Sequence record: NC_048054.1
DNA length: 64,000 bases
Reading direction: 5' to 3' (one strand)
A program made the position numbers and the translations under genes. This document shows, piece after piece, positions 35,771-44,562 of this stretch (position 1 is its first letter; each line of letters opens with the position of its first letter). The notes beneath the pieces are model-generated. The model was not told the origin of the DNA and ran no database searches. It was given only the letters and a program-made list of their open reading frames with translations.

Positions 35771-36345
35771 TGGAACAGATTGATATGTTTGATACTCAGG
35801 GTGCGCATGAAATCTCCGAGTACACCGAACTTGATTCAGATCGTTTGCATCCATCTGTGGTTACGCGCAATGACCGTCGCGTGATTGCTGCGTTCGGCCA
35901 GCCTGTACTTAGTGATGAATATCTTGCTAAGTACCCAAGTATGCGTCCCGGTAAATTGAAGTTTCGCAAGAAGCTGGTTGTGATTCATGAGTTCGTGCTC
36001 GTCACGCACGATAAACTGAAAGCCAGTTTATTGAAAAAGCAGGGCGACGTGCGCCGTATGAGTAACGCCGATCCGCAGTACCTGATCAATGTGTACAACC
36101 ACACAGAGAAGGTAGCGCTGTTCCTGCGAGACTTTGAAGACTTCATGAGTCACTTCATGAATGCCCTTCACCTGTTTACCGTGGCAACTGTGTATGATGG
36201 CAGACTGCTGGTGTTTGCAGAGAACGGCGATCCGCTTGTTACCTCAGAAGAAACGCTGGCGATGCTCACCGAGATTGAGCACTTCATCAACAAAAGCAAA
36301 GTGTATCGCGTATACTCACAACACGCCATCTACCGTACAATCTAA
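35770..36345 (+). CDS. hypothetical protein
   Basis: 191-aa ORF, TAATG overlap. Confidence 0.8.
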   Translation: MEQIDMFDTQGAHEISEYTELDSDRLHPSVVTRNDRRVIAAFGQPVLSDEYLAKYPSMRPGKLKFRKKLVVIHEFVLVTHDKLKASLLKKQGDVRRMSNADPQYLINVYNHTEKVALFLRDFEDFMSHFMNALHLFTVATVYDGRLLVFAENGDPLVTSEETLAMLTEIEHFINKSKVYRVYSQHAIYRTI

Positions 36346-36397
36346 TCTAATCTATCAATCACTGCGGCGCTTACGGGTGTCGCATAGGAGAAACATT

Positions 36398-37999
36398 ATG
36401 TCATTCGATATGCGTCAAAACGTACTCATGGTTCGCTCTCTGATTCACGGCCAACCGTTCTACAATTTCTATAACGCCGAAGGTCTGGACTTCACCCTGC
36501 CTGGTTATCAACTCAAAGAGATCTATGATCGTCACTTCGAAGGTCGTATGTCAGGCGTCACCACTTACTGGGGATTCTCGAACAAGTCGAACTGTGAGTC
36601 TTTCGAGTTTGCAGAGAACGGTGATCTGTTGTGGCATGTTTCTCTGAATGCGACCTGTCATACGCTGCTTCCTCTTGAGATGGTTATAGGCCACGAAGGA
36701 TTTAACGTTATCAACGGTTTTGAGATCAGCGATCATAAACGTACCGTGATGAAGATTCACCAGAAAGCTGTTGGTCGCACTGTAGAGAACCTGACGTGGT
36801 TCCGCGACCTGTCTGAAAACCATATGCGCGAACTGCTGTGTTCACTTGGTCACGGCCCGCTGCGCATCGCAAAAGCAGACCGCGAAGAACTGATTAAGAT
36901 TCATCGTGACTGGCAGCGTAAGCATGACGAAGAATTTAAATACACGCACAATGCTTGCGGTATTGACCCTGACGATAAACTGCCTGCTGACCTGTATGAC
37001 GATCACGGCAAGTGGTTGCGTCAACGTCACATGGCGAAAGGCAAAACGCTTGAGATGATGGCCAGCGAGCTTGCTAATCTCGTTCGCATCTTCGATTTGT
37101 ACATCGGTGATGACGACTTCGATCATATGAATCCTGATTGGGATGAAGGTCTGCTTCGTGTTGCACAGGCTTATATCTACGGACCGAACGCCAAAGAGCG
37201 TTTCGATGCAGTGAAGTATGATCCGCAGTTCATTGTCAATGGCATCTATGCGCTGGCGAAAGACATGAACTGGATTCATGTTAACGAAGAATCTCAGGAC
37301 TATCAAGAGTCGCTGCTTCGTCGCCTGATGCAGGAATTGAAAAACGAAGTTGAGCGCCCTGACGGTGTGTTCGTTGTTGAAGACGGTCGGGTTCTGCTTA
37401 AGGCTGTGTCTGCTACTGCCGATACTGACGTGGTGGATGAGGTAGAAGAAGATGAAGACGCCGCCGCGGGAGAGGAAGCCGCAGAAGTGCGCACCTTCCT
37501 TGAAGGTTTAAGCGATAGCAAGTTGCGCCACTACGCGAAGTTGTTCAAGTTAGCGAGCAAAATAAAGCTCCTGAAAATGGATCATGCAGCGCTGGTTGAC
37601 CTGTGCGCTGATTACTGCGGGTCTAACTGGCCAGAAGATCTGGAAGAAGACGAAGCTGAGGCCGAGCCTGAGAAAGAACGCGAGCCTCGTAAATTCCCTG
37701 CAACTAGATCGGCCGATACGTATGACTATGTACGTATTCGTAAAGTTCTCGTTTGGCTGAAATTGCTTACTGGTAGTATGTCAAGCCGTGACGCAGACTG
37801 CTCCCGTGAAGATGTGGAGCTGAACCGCAAGAAAGCTGTAAGCGTTTTACGCAATGCAGTCAAAGACGGAAAACTGGACACACTGAAAGAGATTCATCTT
37901 AAATCTCTCGCATACGCTCTGACAAAGATGAAAGATGGTGATCGCTATCCGCGTGATACAGATTACCTGAAAGAGCTAATTAAACACGCACTGCGTTAA
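36398..37999 (+). CDS. hypothetical protein with HeH-like modules and acidic linkers
   Basis: Start revised to ATG 36398 (AGGAG RBS); LSENHMRELLCSLG...READ and LSDSKLRHYAKLFKLASKIKLLKMDHAALVDLC. Confidence 0.8.
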   Translation: MSFDMRQNVLMVRSLIHGQPFYNFYNAEGLDFTLPGYQLKEIYDRHFEGRMSGVTTYWGFSNKSNCESFEFAENGDLLWHVSLNATCHTLLPLEMVIGHEGFNVINGFEISDHKRTVMKIHQKAVGRTVENLTWFRDLSENHMRELLCSLGHGPLRIAKADREELIKIHRDWQRKHDEEFKYTHNACGIDPDDKLPADLYDDHGKWLRQRHMAKGKTLEMMASELANLVRIFDLYIGDDDFDHMNPDWDEGLLRVAQAYIYGPNAKERFDAVKYDPQFIVNGIYALAKDMNWIHVNEESQDYQESLLRRLMQELKNEVERPDGVFVVEDGRVLLKAVSATADTDVVDEVEEDEDAAAGEEAAEVRTFLEGLSDSKLRHYAKLFKLASKIKLLKMDHAALVDLCADYCGSNWPEDLEEDEAEAEPEKEREPRKFPATRSADTYDYVRIRKVLVWLKLLTGSMSSRDADCSREDVELNRKKAVSVLRNAVKDGKLDTLKEIHLKSLAYALTKMKDGDRYPRDTDYLKELIKHALR

Positions 38000-38034
38000 T
38001 TGTCCAACCATACCTAACATTGTAGGGAACAAAA

Positions 38035-38469
38035 ATGAAATTCGAACAAAACATTCTGGTAGTAAATCGTATTCAACTGGCTATGAACGACGAGCTGGTC
38101 AAGAAGCTGACTGATGCTGCGCGTGATGATCGTGGCGCCTCGGCTATGACACTGGGTTATGCGACTGCAATCGTCATGGCCAAACTCCAGCACAAGATCA
38201 CCTTTGCGTTGGCTGAGGAGAATCCTGAGGCCTGTGTTCGTGCTGAACTGCTCTGGACCGATCATGGCTCAGTCACCACAAGTGCGCTATTCCTCATAGC
38301 GTCCGCAGCCGACGAAGAAGTATTAAACCACGTCGAAGACCATGACTACCTGAACCATCTGCACACAATCAAACGTGTTGCAGAGGCGAACGGGTTTAAG
38401 CTCCATGTCTTCCCTGTGGCTGCTAACTTCCCGTTCAAGCGTACTGAAATCCCGGCTGATATGCAGTGA
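38035..38469 (+). CDS. hypothetical protein
   Basis: 144-aa ORF. Confidence 0.75.
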   Translation: MKFEQNILVVNRIQLAMNDELVKKLTDAARDDRGASAMTLGYATAIVMAKLQHKITFALAEENPEACVRAELLWTDHGSVTTSALFLIASAADEEVLNHVEDHDYLNHLHTIKRVAEANGFKLHVFPVAANFPFKRTEIPADMQ

Positions 38470-38477
38470 GGTGATCT

Positions 38478-38777
38478 ATGGCTGATAAACTGACGTTGGT
38501 ACCGAATGTCGCTATCGTCCTAAAGATGAACGAGCGCCGTTCCTTCTTGGGGCCGAAAGAAGATGGGTTTGTCTATCTGGCGAGCAAGGAAGCGCTCGAT
38601 AAATTCGAGGCGCATATCCTGCGTTACCGCAGCCGCGAAGAATACTCCGAGATAGACGAGCGTGAATTACGCGCTCTGACAGACGACGGTGTTCGGGCTT
38701 TGAGTCATGCAGTCAAAGAAGACCCAGAACGCCCATGGCTGTGGACAAAGACAGACTTCCGCAAGAAGCTCTGGTAA
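38478..38777 (+). CDS. hypothetical protein
   Basis: 99-aa ORF, GAGGTG RBS. Confidence 0.8.
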   Translation: MADKLTLVPNVAIVLKMNERRSFLGPKEDGFVYLASKEALDKFEAHILRYRSREEYSEIDERELRALTDDGVRALSHAVKEDPERPWLWTKTDFRKKLW

Positions 38778-38781
38778 GCAT

Positions 38782-38830
38782 AAAACTGGACAAAACAGCG
38801 GTAGTATCTGAAAGCGTCCTATGATACAAT
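38782..38830 (+). promoter_or_regulatory. sigma70-type promoter with conserved upstream element
   Basis: AAAACTGGACAAAACAGC; 32 nt to TG-a-TACAAT (38825-38830). Confidence 0.75.
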
Positions 38831-38864
38831 AGAAGCGTAGCTTGTGCTGCGCTTTTATAACATA

Positions 38865-38878
38865 TGTCTGAGGAGACA
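38865..38878 (+). promoter_or_regulatory. SD-in-loop hairpin
   Basis: TGTC-TGAGGA-GACA upstream of ATG 38884. Confidence 0.65.
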
Positions 38879-38883
38879 ACGAA

Positions 38884-39348
38884 ATGATGAACGAAACTCA
38901 AGCAACCCCATCTGATATCGAATTGCAGGACCGCATGATGGACGCCGCTGTCCAGAAAGTTATTGAACTGACCCCAGAGTGGATTGACGTGGCAGCCGCA
39001 GGCCTTCGCCTGTACCTGACCGTGTGTGACCAGCTCGGTGGCCCAATTCCTGAAATGCGTTTTGTACACAACAACCGTCCGTGCAAACTTCAATTCACTT
39101 TGAACGAAGTCGCCGAAGGTTCTGAGTTTGTTGCGAACGATATCGATCACGAAAAGCAGATGGAAATCTGTGAAGCGATTCTCGCTACAGCCGAAGCGAA
39201 CGAAAATGGTCACTCGCTGATGGACCTTGCGATTTGTTCTGGCCGCCTGTTTATGATCGGCTACGATGGTCTTGCTGGCACGGTTAGCAAAGTTTGCTTC
39301 CGCTTCGCCAAAAAGAACTACGTTATGAATCTGGTTGAGGCTAAATAA
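38884..39348 (+). CDS. hypothetical protein
   Basis: 154-aa ORF, first gene after the promoter. Confidence 0.8.
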   Translation: MMNETQATPSDIELQDRMMDAAVQKVIELTPEWIDVAAAGLRLYLTVCDQLGGPIPEMRFVHNNRPCKLQFTLNEVAEGSEFVANDIDHEKQMEICEAILATAEANENGHSLMDLAICSGRLFMIGYDGLAGTVSKVCFRFAKKNYVMNLVEAK

Positions 39349-39349
39349 C

Positions 39350-40045
39350 ATGAAACTCTCACCGTTTATGTTGAAACGCAGTAAGCTGGCTCCAGACGTG
39401 TTTGCGCTTGTTCGTGAAAACGAAGTGCTTGCCTCATTCAAACCCAGAAAGTTTCTGGAAGCTCTCCAGACTGTTGTAAAAGAGAACGGTCTGAAAGAAG
39501 TTGATGTTGTGTGGCGTGACGGCTCTCGCACTGTAGAGCATTTAGTTGTCGGACATATCCGTGAGCTAGTATCAACCGACACTATCATGAACCGATACAA
39601 CATGTGTCTGATGCTTCGCTCGCAGGGCATTGCGGCCAGTCTTGCTGTGCCTGTCGATATTCGCACGATGTATGATGGACACGGTCCGATGATCAGTGAG
39701 ATTCACATTGACCCTGAAATCGCTGACAAGCTGGCTGTAGCACTCGCACCAAAACATCCCCTGTACGAGGATGCGCATAACGGGTATGAGGATGAGGATG
39801 ACGCCATCGACGACGAGGACGACTTTAACGACGATGAATGTATCGACGACGAAGAAGACTTCGACATGGAAGATACTAACCCTGAAATCGAGCGTATGAT
39901 GATTTGCAGTTGGGGCTATCGTGCCGAAGACTGGGCAATCACCCTGAACGAAGATCAGGTTCAGGAAGTACATAGCCTTGAAGTTGGCGTTGACCCTGAC
40001 ATTGAACTGCCACTCGCACCTGATGCGAAGGACAAATACTTCTAA
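39350..40045 (+). CDS. hypothetical protein with acidic tract
   Basis: Start revised to ATG 39350. Confidence 0.8.
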   Translation: MKLSPFMLKRSKLAPDVFALVRENEVLASFKPRKFLEALQTVVKENGLKEVDVVWRDGSRTVEHLVVGHIRELVSTDTIMNRYNMCLMLRSQGIAASLAVPVDIRTMYDGHGPMISEIHIDPEIADKLAVALAPKHPLYEDAHNGYEDEDDAIDDEDDFNDDECIDDEEDFDMEDTNPEIERMMICSWGYRAEDWAITLNEDQVQEVHSLEVGVDPDIELPLAPDAKDKYF

Positions 40046-40236
40046 TGAAAACCACTAACGAAATGATCAAAGAGTTGCGACAACGCGGCGAGCTTGTTAT
40101 TGAAGAACGCCAGAAAGACGCAGTGCCAGACTTAACGTTCACGCTTGATTGTCTGTGCCTCACATACAAGAAGCGGGAAGTGGAAACAACCAAGCGCGGC
40201 CGCGTTATCACAATCAAGTTGACGAACATGCACTAA
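40045..40236 (+). CDS. hypothetical protein
   Basis: 63-aa ORF, TAATG overlap. Confidence 0.65.
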   Translation: MKTTNEMIKELRQRGELVIEERQKDAVPDLTFTLDCLCLTYKKREVETTKRGRVITIKLTNMH

Positions 40237-40251
40237 CAATCAGTTTGGCTC

Positions 40252-40340
40252 GCCCGTCCAGAAATGCTCACCCCCAATGAGGCGCCCTTCGCAGAGGCGT
40301 GACGACGCGGGTCCTTTTTGAAGCGTACTGAGTAGTGCGC
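40252..40340 (+). ncRNA. candidate structured RNA element (three-way junction)
   Basis: GCCCGTC/GAC(GC)GGGT encloses hairpins CTCA/TGAG and CGCCCT/AG(A)GGCG, followed by CCTTTTT and a further hairpin GCGTAC/GTGCGC. Confidence 0.35.
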
Positions 40341-40361
40341 TGCATAAAGTACCTAAAACCA

Positions 40362-40375
40362 AACAGGAGGCTGTT
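40362..40375 (+). promoter_or_regulatory. SD-in-loop hairpin (tetraloop variant)
   Basis: AACAG-GAGG-CTGTT upstream of ATG 40377. Confidence 0.6.
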
Positions 40376-40376
40376 A

Positions 40377-40859
40377 ATGAAGTTCAACGAAGCAAGTAAA
40401 GACGCACAGGTCATTCTCATGGGTGGCGCACTTGCAGGTGTGATTGAAGTCTTCGGACGCGACGAAGAAGACGAAGGCAAAAAGCTGATCGAAACGGCAT
40501 TGCACCAGATAGGTCTGACGTTCGACGAGTTCCGTGTGCTGATGACCGATATGGTGCCTGAGGTCGAAGCAGAAGTTGAAGCGATTCTCGGCGAGCATAA
40601 AGCTGTACGTGCTGCTGACCCTGACGATGACTTTGAAGATCCAGAAGATCTTGGTGTCTGCGTCGAATGCGATCATCCTGTCGAGGATTGTGTGTGCGAG
40701 CACGATGATGAAGACCTCGACACTGCGGAAGAACGTCCAGGCAATCTCAACGACGACGGCCGCACCGACGAAAACGGTTGGCAGAACCTCGACGAGGGTG
40801 AAGATGAAGTTTGCTTCGCCTGCCACAAAGAGCACTGCGAATGTAATCGTGTGGGGTAA
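40377..40859 (+). CDS. acidic protein with two CxxC...CxC motifs
   Basis: Start revised to ATG 40377; CVECDHPVEDCVC and CFACHKEHCEC. Confidence 0.8.
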   Translation: MKFNEASKDAQVILMGGALAGVIEVFGRDEEDEGKKLIETALHQIGLTFDEFRVLMTDMVPEVEAEVEAILGEHKAVRAADPDDDFEDPEDLGVCVECDHPVEDCVCEHDDEDLDTAEERPGNLNDDGRTDENGWQNLDEGEDEVCFACHKEHCECNRVG

Positions 40860-40863
40860 TCAA

Positions 40864-41079
40864 ATGAGCCGACGTCCTACACAAGATGAAGTGAACGGCC
40901 AGATAGCTGCCGCCGAAGAACAGCGCTACAATGAGCGTGAAGCGCGTTATGCTGATATGTCAGATGACGATCTACGCGATGCTCTGTTGGAGCAGGGTCT
41001 CGTTTTTGTCGAAGGCGACGACGTAGACGACTACAGCCGACAAGACTGTATCAGACTGCTTATGGCGAGCGGCTACTGA
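40864..41079 (+). CDS. small acidic protein with HeH-like module
   Basis: Start revised to ATG 40864; MSDDDLRDALLEQGL...YSRQDCIRLL. Confidence 0.7.
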   Translation: MSRRPTQDEVNGQIAAAEEQRYNEREARYADMSDDDLRDALLEQGLVFVEGDDVDDYSRQDCIRLLMASGY

Positions 41080-41082
41080 GCA

Positions 41083-41132
41083 TAAATCTGGACAAAATGA
41101 GGATTGTCTCAAAACAGCGTCCGTGATACAAT
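41083..41132 (+). promoter_or_regulatory. sigma70-type promoter with conserved upstream element
   Basis: TAAATCTGGACAAAATGAGG; TTGTCT-17 nt-TACAAT (41127-41132); 32 nt from TGGACA. Confidence 0.8.
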
Positions 41133-41138
41133 ATAGAG

Positions 41139-41310
41139 ACAGCGAGACATGTTCTCTCTGTGATGTGCCTATAACGTTTTGACCGTGTGTTTATCTTTTC
41201 CCGGGCACACGGTCCTTTTAAAGCCGCTTCCTGTGAGGCTGTTTTAAAAAGGGTTCGATACCCTTTGAGCGCGTCGGGCTTTACGCGGTTTCCGCCTGCC
41301 GTGCTCTCAT
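41139..41310 (+). ncRNA. candidate structured non-coding RNA or long 5' leader
   Basis: About 195 non-coding nt after a strong promoter with five consecutive hairpins, including a 12-bp stem (41181-41192/41203-41214) and a T-arm-like AAGGG-TTCGATA-CCCTT (41249-41265). Confidence 0.45.
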
Positions 41311-41333
41311 GCTAAACCGCAAAGGAAATAGAT

Positions 41334-42065
41334 ATGCCTACTACTTCACGCCCTAAGACAGAAGACAAATTCTCCCGCGCTCGCGCCGCTAAGAACTCGC
41401 CAAAGCGCGTTAAAGGCAAAAAGCAGTCTGATCGTCCAGAGAATCTGAGCGAGAAGAAACGACCAACACCACGCGGGCCATCTTCCGCTAAACCTCGTCA
41501 ACTGCCTCCGGGATATGGCTTCAAGTCTAAGGCTACAGGTGAACGTGCGCCTGACCCGTCACGCAAAGAGTTCGCTGCCAAAAATAAAGTGCGCGATGAA
41601 GAACGCGTGTTCAATTTGGTTCACGCAATTCTTTCTGCGTGGAAAGCAGATGTGGGGAACGCCGAGCACACGGCAGCCTCAGCTGGCATCATCAAAGTGT
41701 CACGTCGTAAGATTGAAGGCGCCTTGCGTGACCTCAAGAATACGCGCTTCACTAAGATCCCGACGCTCATTAATGACGTCCTCGTGTATAACGAAGTCTG
41801 CAATGAGTTCGGTCAGTGGGTGTACGTCGAGCATGATTCTCCTGATTGGATTTTCGTTCGACTGCCTGAAAACAGTACGCAAGTGATTCGTGCTGATATC
41901 AGTTCCGACCGTAGTGGCGAAACGTCTGCTGCCGTGACGACTTCTGTTGAGGTACTGCTGGATAATACTTACCTCGAAGACGATGAAGAGGAGATTCCTG
42001 AGAACGTCGAATATGACGACGAAGATGAATCTGACGCCAACGAAGAAGAGGATGAGGAAGAATAA
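41334..42065 (+). CDS. hypothetical protein with basic N-terminus and acidic C-terminus
   Basis: K/R/P-rich first 80 aa; D/E tail. Confidence 0.85.
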   Translation: MPTTSRPKTEDKFSRARAAKNSPKRVKGKKQSDRPENLSEKKRPTPRGPSSAKPRQLPPGYGFKSKATGERAPDPSRKEFAAKNKVRDEERVFNLVHAILSAWKADVGNAEHTAASAGIIKVSRRKIEGALRDLKNTRFTKIPTLINDVLVYNEVCNEFGQWVYVEHDSPDWIFVRLPENSTQVIRADISSDRSGETSAAVTTSVEVLLDNTYLEDDEEEIPENVEYDDEDESDANEEEDEEE

Positions 42066-42514
42066 TGACCACTTCTATTCGATCAGCCTCAGAAACAGCC
42101 GCAATGATCATTGAAAACGTTTCTCTGTATTCGCAAGAGAAGGCGCATGAGCACACGCTGCCGCGTTTTAAAATGTCAGATACGGCGATACGTCGAATCT
42201 CTGGACATGTTCGCTTCCTGCCTGAAAGCTATATCGAGCAACTCACCTTCGAGTTGCGGCAACTTGATTGGCTGATGGCTAGATATGACTCTGGCATGTT
42301 TATCTTCATGGGGTATGCAGTTGCAAAGAACTGGACGACACTGACGGCAAAACGAGTAGTGCCGAACGACGACCTCACTCTTGAGTACGATACTTGGACG
42401 CTGCCTGAGTTACAGGGTTTCGCCCAACGTAACGACTTTTTGCAGCCTGGTGAAGAAGGTTTCCATAACAGAGATGCACTGATTCGCGCCATCATTAAGG
42501 GCGAGACTCACTGA
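42065..42514 (+). CDS. hypothetical protein with C-terminal Rho-N/HeH-like module
   Basis: YDTWTLPELQGFAQRNDF...NRDALIRAII. Confidence 0.75.
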   Translation: MTTSIRSASETAAMIIENVSLYSQEKAHEHTLPRFKMSDTAIRRISGHVRFLPESYIEQLTFELRQLDWLMARYDSGMFIFMGYAVAKNWTTLTAKRVVPNDDLTLEYDTWTLPELQGFAQRNDFLQPGEEGFHNRDALIRAIIKGETH

Positions 42515-42531
42515 CTCTGAGGAGTAATCGA

Positions 42532-42684
42532 ATGAAACGACCTACTAAGCGTGTTGAAGTAGAAGACCCAGACATTGCTAAGATGCGCAAGCGCCTGGTG
42601 TCTGCGAAAATCATCAAGCCAGAAGCTGCTGCAAAGCTGTCTAGCAATGATGTAGTGAAGCTGTTCACGTATTACAGCGCATAA
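42532..42684 (+). CDS. 50-aa protein consisting of a single helical module (missing from the ORF track)
   Basis: GAGGAG RBS; MKRPTKRVEVEDPDIAKMRKRLVSAKIIKPEAAAKLSSNDVVKLFTYYSA, then a 10-bp hairpin. Confidence 0.75.
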   Translation: MKRPTKRVEVEDPDIAKMRKRLVSAKIIKPEAAAKLSSNDVVKLFTYYSA

Positions 42685-42693
42685 GCAATAACG

Positions 42694-42723
42694 AGCAGGG
42701 CAGTGAAATATAGCTGCCCTGCT
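42694..42723 (+). other. strong hairpin without U-tract
   Basis: AGCAGGGCAG / CTGCCCTGCT perfect 10-bp stem. Confidence 0.7.
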
Positions 42724-42740
42724 ATCTGCGAAGTATGCAG

Positions 42741-42790
42741 AAAACTGGACAAAATCGTGGTTGTTATCTGACGGCCACCTATGCTATAAT
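42741..42790 (+). promoter_or_regulatory. sigma70-type promoter with conserved upstream element
   Basis: AAAACTGGACAAAAT; TTGTTA-18 nt-TATAAT (42785-42790) with TG extension; 33 nt from TGGACA. Confidence 0.8.
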
Positions 42791-42827
42791 AGATTCAGAC
42801 GCAATAGTGCGTCACACACAAAAACAC

Positions 42828-42841
42828 ATACTGAGGAGTAT
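42828..42841 (+). promoter_or_regulatory. SD-in-loop hairpin
   Basis: ATAC-TGAGGA-GTAT upstream of ATG 42847. Confidence 0.65.
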
Positions 42842-42846
42842 TAATC

Positions 42847-44478
42847 ATGGCACGTATCGAAACTAGCACTAACCTGGTTGGCAAAACTATCGTCCTGCTG
42901 AACGGCACCAAATCTAAAATCGAAGATGCAATCGCGTCTGGTTATAAAGTGAAGGGCCTGACCAAGCGTATCGCCACCCGCTGCATCATCAAAGAAGGCT
43001 CTCACTTCCGCGAAATCGAGCGCATGAACATGAGCCAGCTGGAAGATACAGGCGAAGGTTATGTTAAGCTGAAAGATGCGAAAGCGTCTGGCAAGAAAAC
43101 TGCCAAGAAAGAAACAGCCGCGCCGAAAGCGTCTGGTAAGAAAGCTGGCACCAAGAAAACTTCTGGCAAGAAAGATGCCAAGCCGTCGAAAGACAAAGAG
43201 CCGAAAGTTCGCCGTAAATCTTCCGAAGAGCAATCCGAAGATTACCAGAATCTGGCACACGCTATCATCAAAGGCGGCAAAGCCAAGCCTGCTGTTGAGA
43301 TCGAAGCTGTAGACGAAGCGCTGACCGATAGCGTAGCGAAACGCCTCGCCGACTACGTGCTTAACTCAGACGTTGCGCGTGTTTGTGCTGACAACAAAAC
43401 GCCGATCGCTAACGCACTGGACGTTACTTACGGTGCCGAGTATGCGCCTGAAGGCAACGTGCTCCAGATTACTCTGAACCTGCAATATGCGGCGCCTGTT
43501 AAAACTGTTGCTGCTGCGCCTGAGCTGGACGAAGCTGTTGCGAAACGTGCTGCCAAGCTCGCTGCTAAGAAAATTGGCAAAGTGTTGGCGAAAGCAATCA
43601 AAGCTGCGTTCGACCTCGAAGATGCGAACGACCTGCTGCCAGGCACCGTGCTGACTAACGACGGTACTGAGTTCGTGTTCGTCGGTGAGTCTGCGAAACA
43701 TGCAGGCAAAGCGCTGATGTATAGCGCCGATACTGACGGCTTCAAATCATTCGGTGCCGACAAACTGGCCGACTTCGAAATCGTCGCTGATGAAAGCGAA
43801 GAAGAGGAAGACGAAGATGAAATTGAAGACGAAGATGAAATCGAGGAGGAAGAAGAAGAGGAAGAATCCTCCGAAGACGAAGAAGACGGTGAAGAAGACG
43901 ATGGCGAAGAAGAAGACGGCGAATCGCAAGATGCCGAATACGAGTTCGTCGCAGTCGATGCCGATCAACTTGAACTGGTTAATAAGAAAGTAACCGCTAA
44001 GTATCACGCCGCTCTGGCTGAACGCTTCGGTGTTGATGAAGAGGCGCTGGCCCCTGGCCTGATGCTGACTGATGGCGAAACTACTTTCGCTTACCTCGGC
44101 TGCGATAGCAAAGGTGGTCTGCTGGTTATCGACCTGTCTGACGATGCAGACGAAGATGATAACGTGCTGGTGTATAGCAAAGCCGATATCAAAACTCTGA
44201 CCGACTTTAGCCCTGTGATCGATAGCGGTGAAGCTGACGATTCAGAAGAAGAAGACGGTGAGGAAGAAGACGGCGAAGAAGAAGACTTCGAAGAAGATGG
44301 CGAAGAGGAAGATGACGAAGAAGAGGAAGACGACTTCGAGTTCAACGACCTGCCGTCCGAAGATCTGGAAGACCTGTCTGATGACGAACTGCGTGACCGC
44401 GTAGTTGAAGCCGGCCTGACCACTGTGCGCAAAGCTGAAAACATGACTGCTGCACAACTGCGCAAGCTGCTGAAATAA
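42847..44478 (+). CDS. modular acidic protein (shared N-domain, Lys-rich linker, two repeated beta domains, D/E tracts, C-terminal HeH-like module)
   Basis: Repeats LLPGTVLTNDGTEFVFVG and LAPGLMLTDGETTFAYLG; C-terminal LSDDELRDRVVEAGLTTVRKAENMTAAQLRKLL. Confidence 0.9.
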   Translation: MARIETSTNLVGKTIVLLNGTKSKIEDAIASGYKVKGLTKRIATRCIIKEGSHFREIERMNMSQLEDTGEGYVKLKDAKASGKKTAKKETAAPKASGKKAGTKKTSGKKDAKPSKDKEPKVRRKSSEEQSEDYQNLAHAIIKGGKAKPAVEIEAVDEALTDSVAKRLADYVLNSDVARVCADNKTPIANALDVTYGAEYAPEGNVLQITLNLQYAAPVKTVAAAPELDEAVAKRAAKLAAKKIGKVLAKAIKAAFDLEDANDLLPGTVLTNDGTEFVFVGESAKHAGKALMYSADTDGFKSFGADKLADFEIVADESEEEEDEDEIEDEDEIEEEEEEEESSEDEEDGEEDDGEEEDGESQDAEYEFVAVDADQLELVNKKVTAKYHAALAERFGVDEEALAPGLMLTDGETTFAYLGCDSKGGLLVIDLSDDADEDDNVLVYSKADIKTLTDFSPVIDSGEADDSEEEDGEEEDGEEEDFEEDGEEEDDEEEEDDFEFNDLPSEDLEDLSDDELRDRVVEAGLTTVRKAENMTAAQLRKLLK

Positions 44479-44548
44479 GATCGACCTGTAATACGAAAAC
44501 TTGAAGTAAGATGCGGTTCAGACAGAGCCGCATCTCTGACAACTAAGC

Positions 44549-44562
44549 TGATTGAGGAATCA
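44549..44562 (+). promoter_or_regulatory. SD-in-loop hairpin (tetraloop variant)
   Basis: TGATT-GAGG-AATCA upstream of ATG 44567. Confidence 0.6.

Noticed and set aside
36161-36397. 79-aa N-terminal extension of the 612-aa ORF (likewise the extensions at 2753, 3769, 18520, 31466, 40576, 53574, 57706)
   Set aside because: The extensions overlap upstream genes or terminators and lack an RBS; a downstream ATG with a clear SD exists in most cases (31703 was chosen on overlap alone).
41203-41272. Canonical tRNA-Arg(CCT) gene
   Set aside because: T-arm and anticodon-like arm are present, but the acceptor pairing has only 5 of 7 pairs, there is no D-arm and no CCA. Kept only as a tRNA-like finding.
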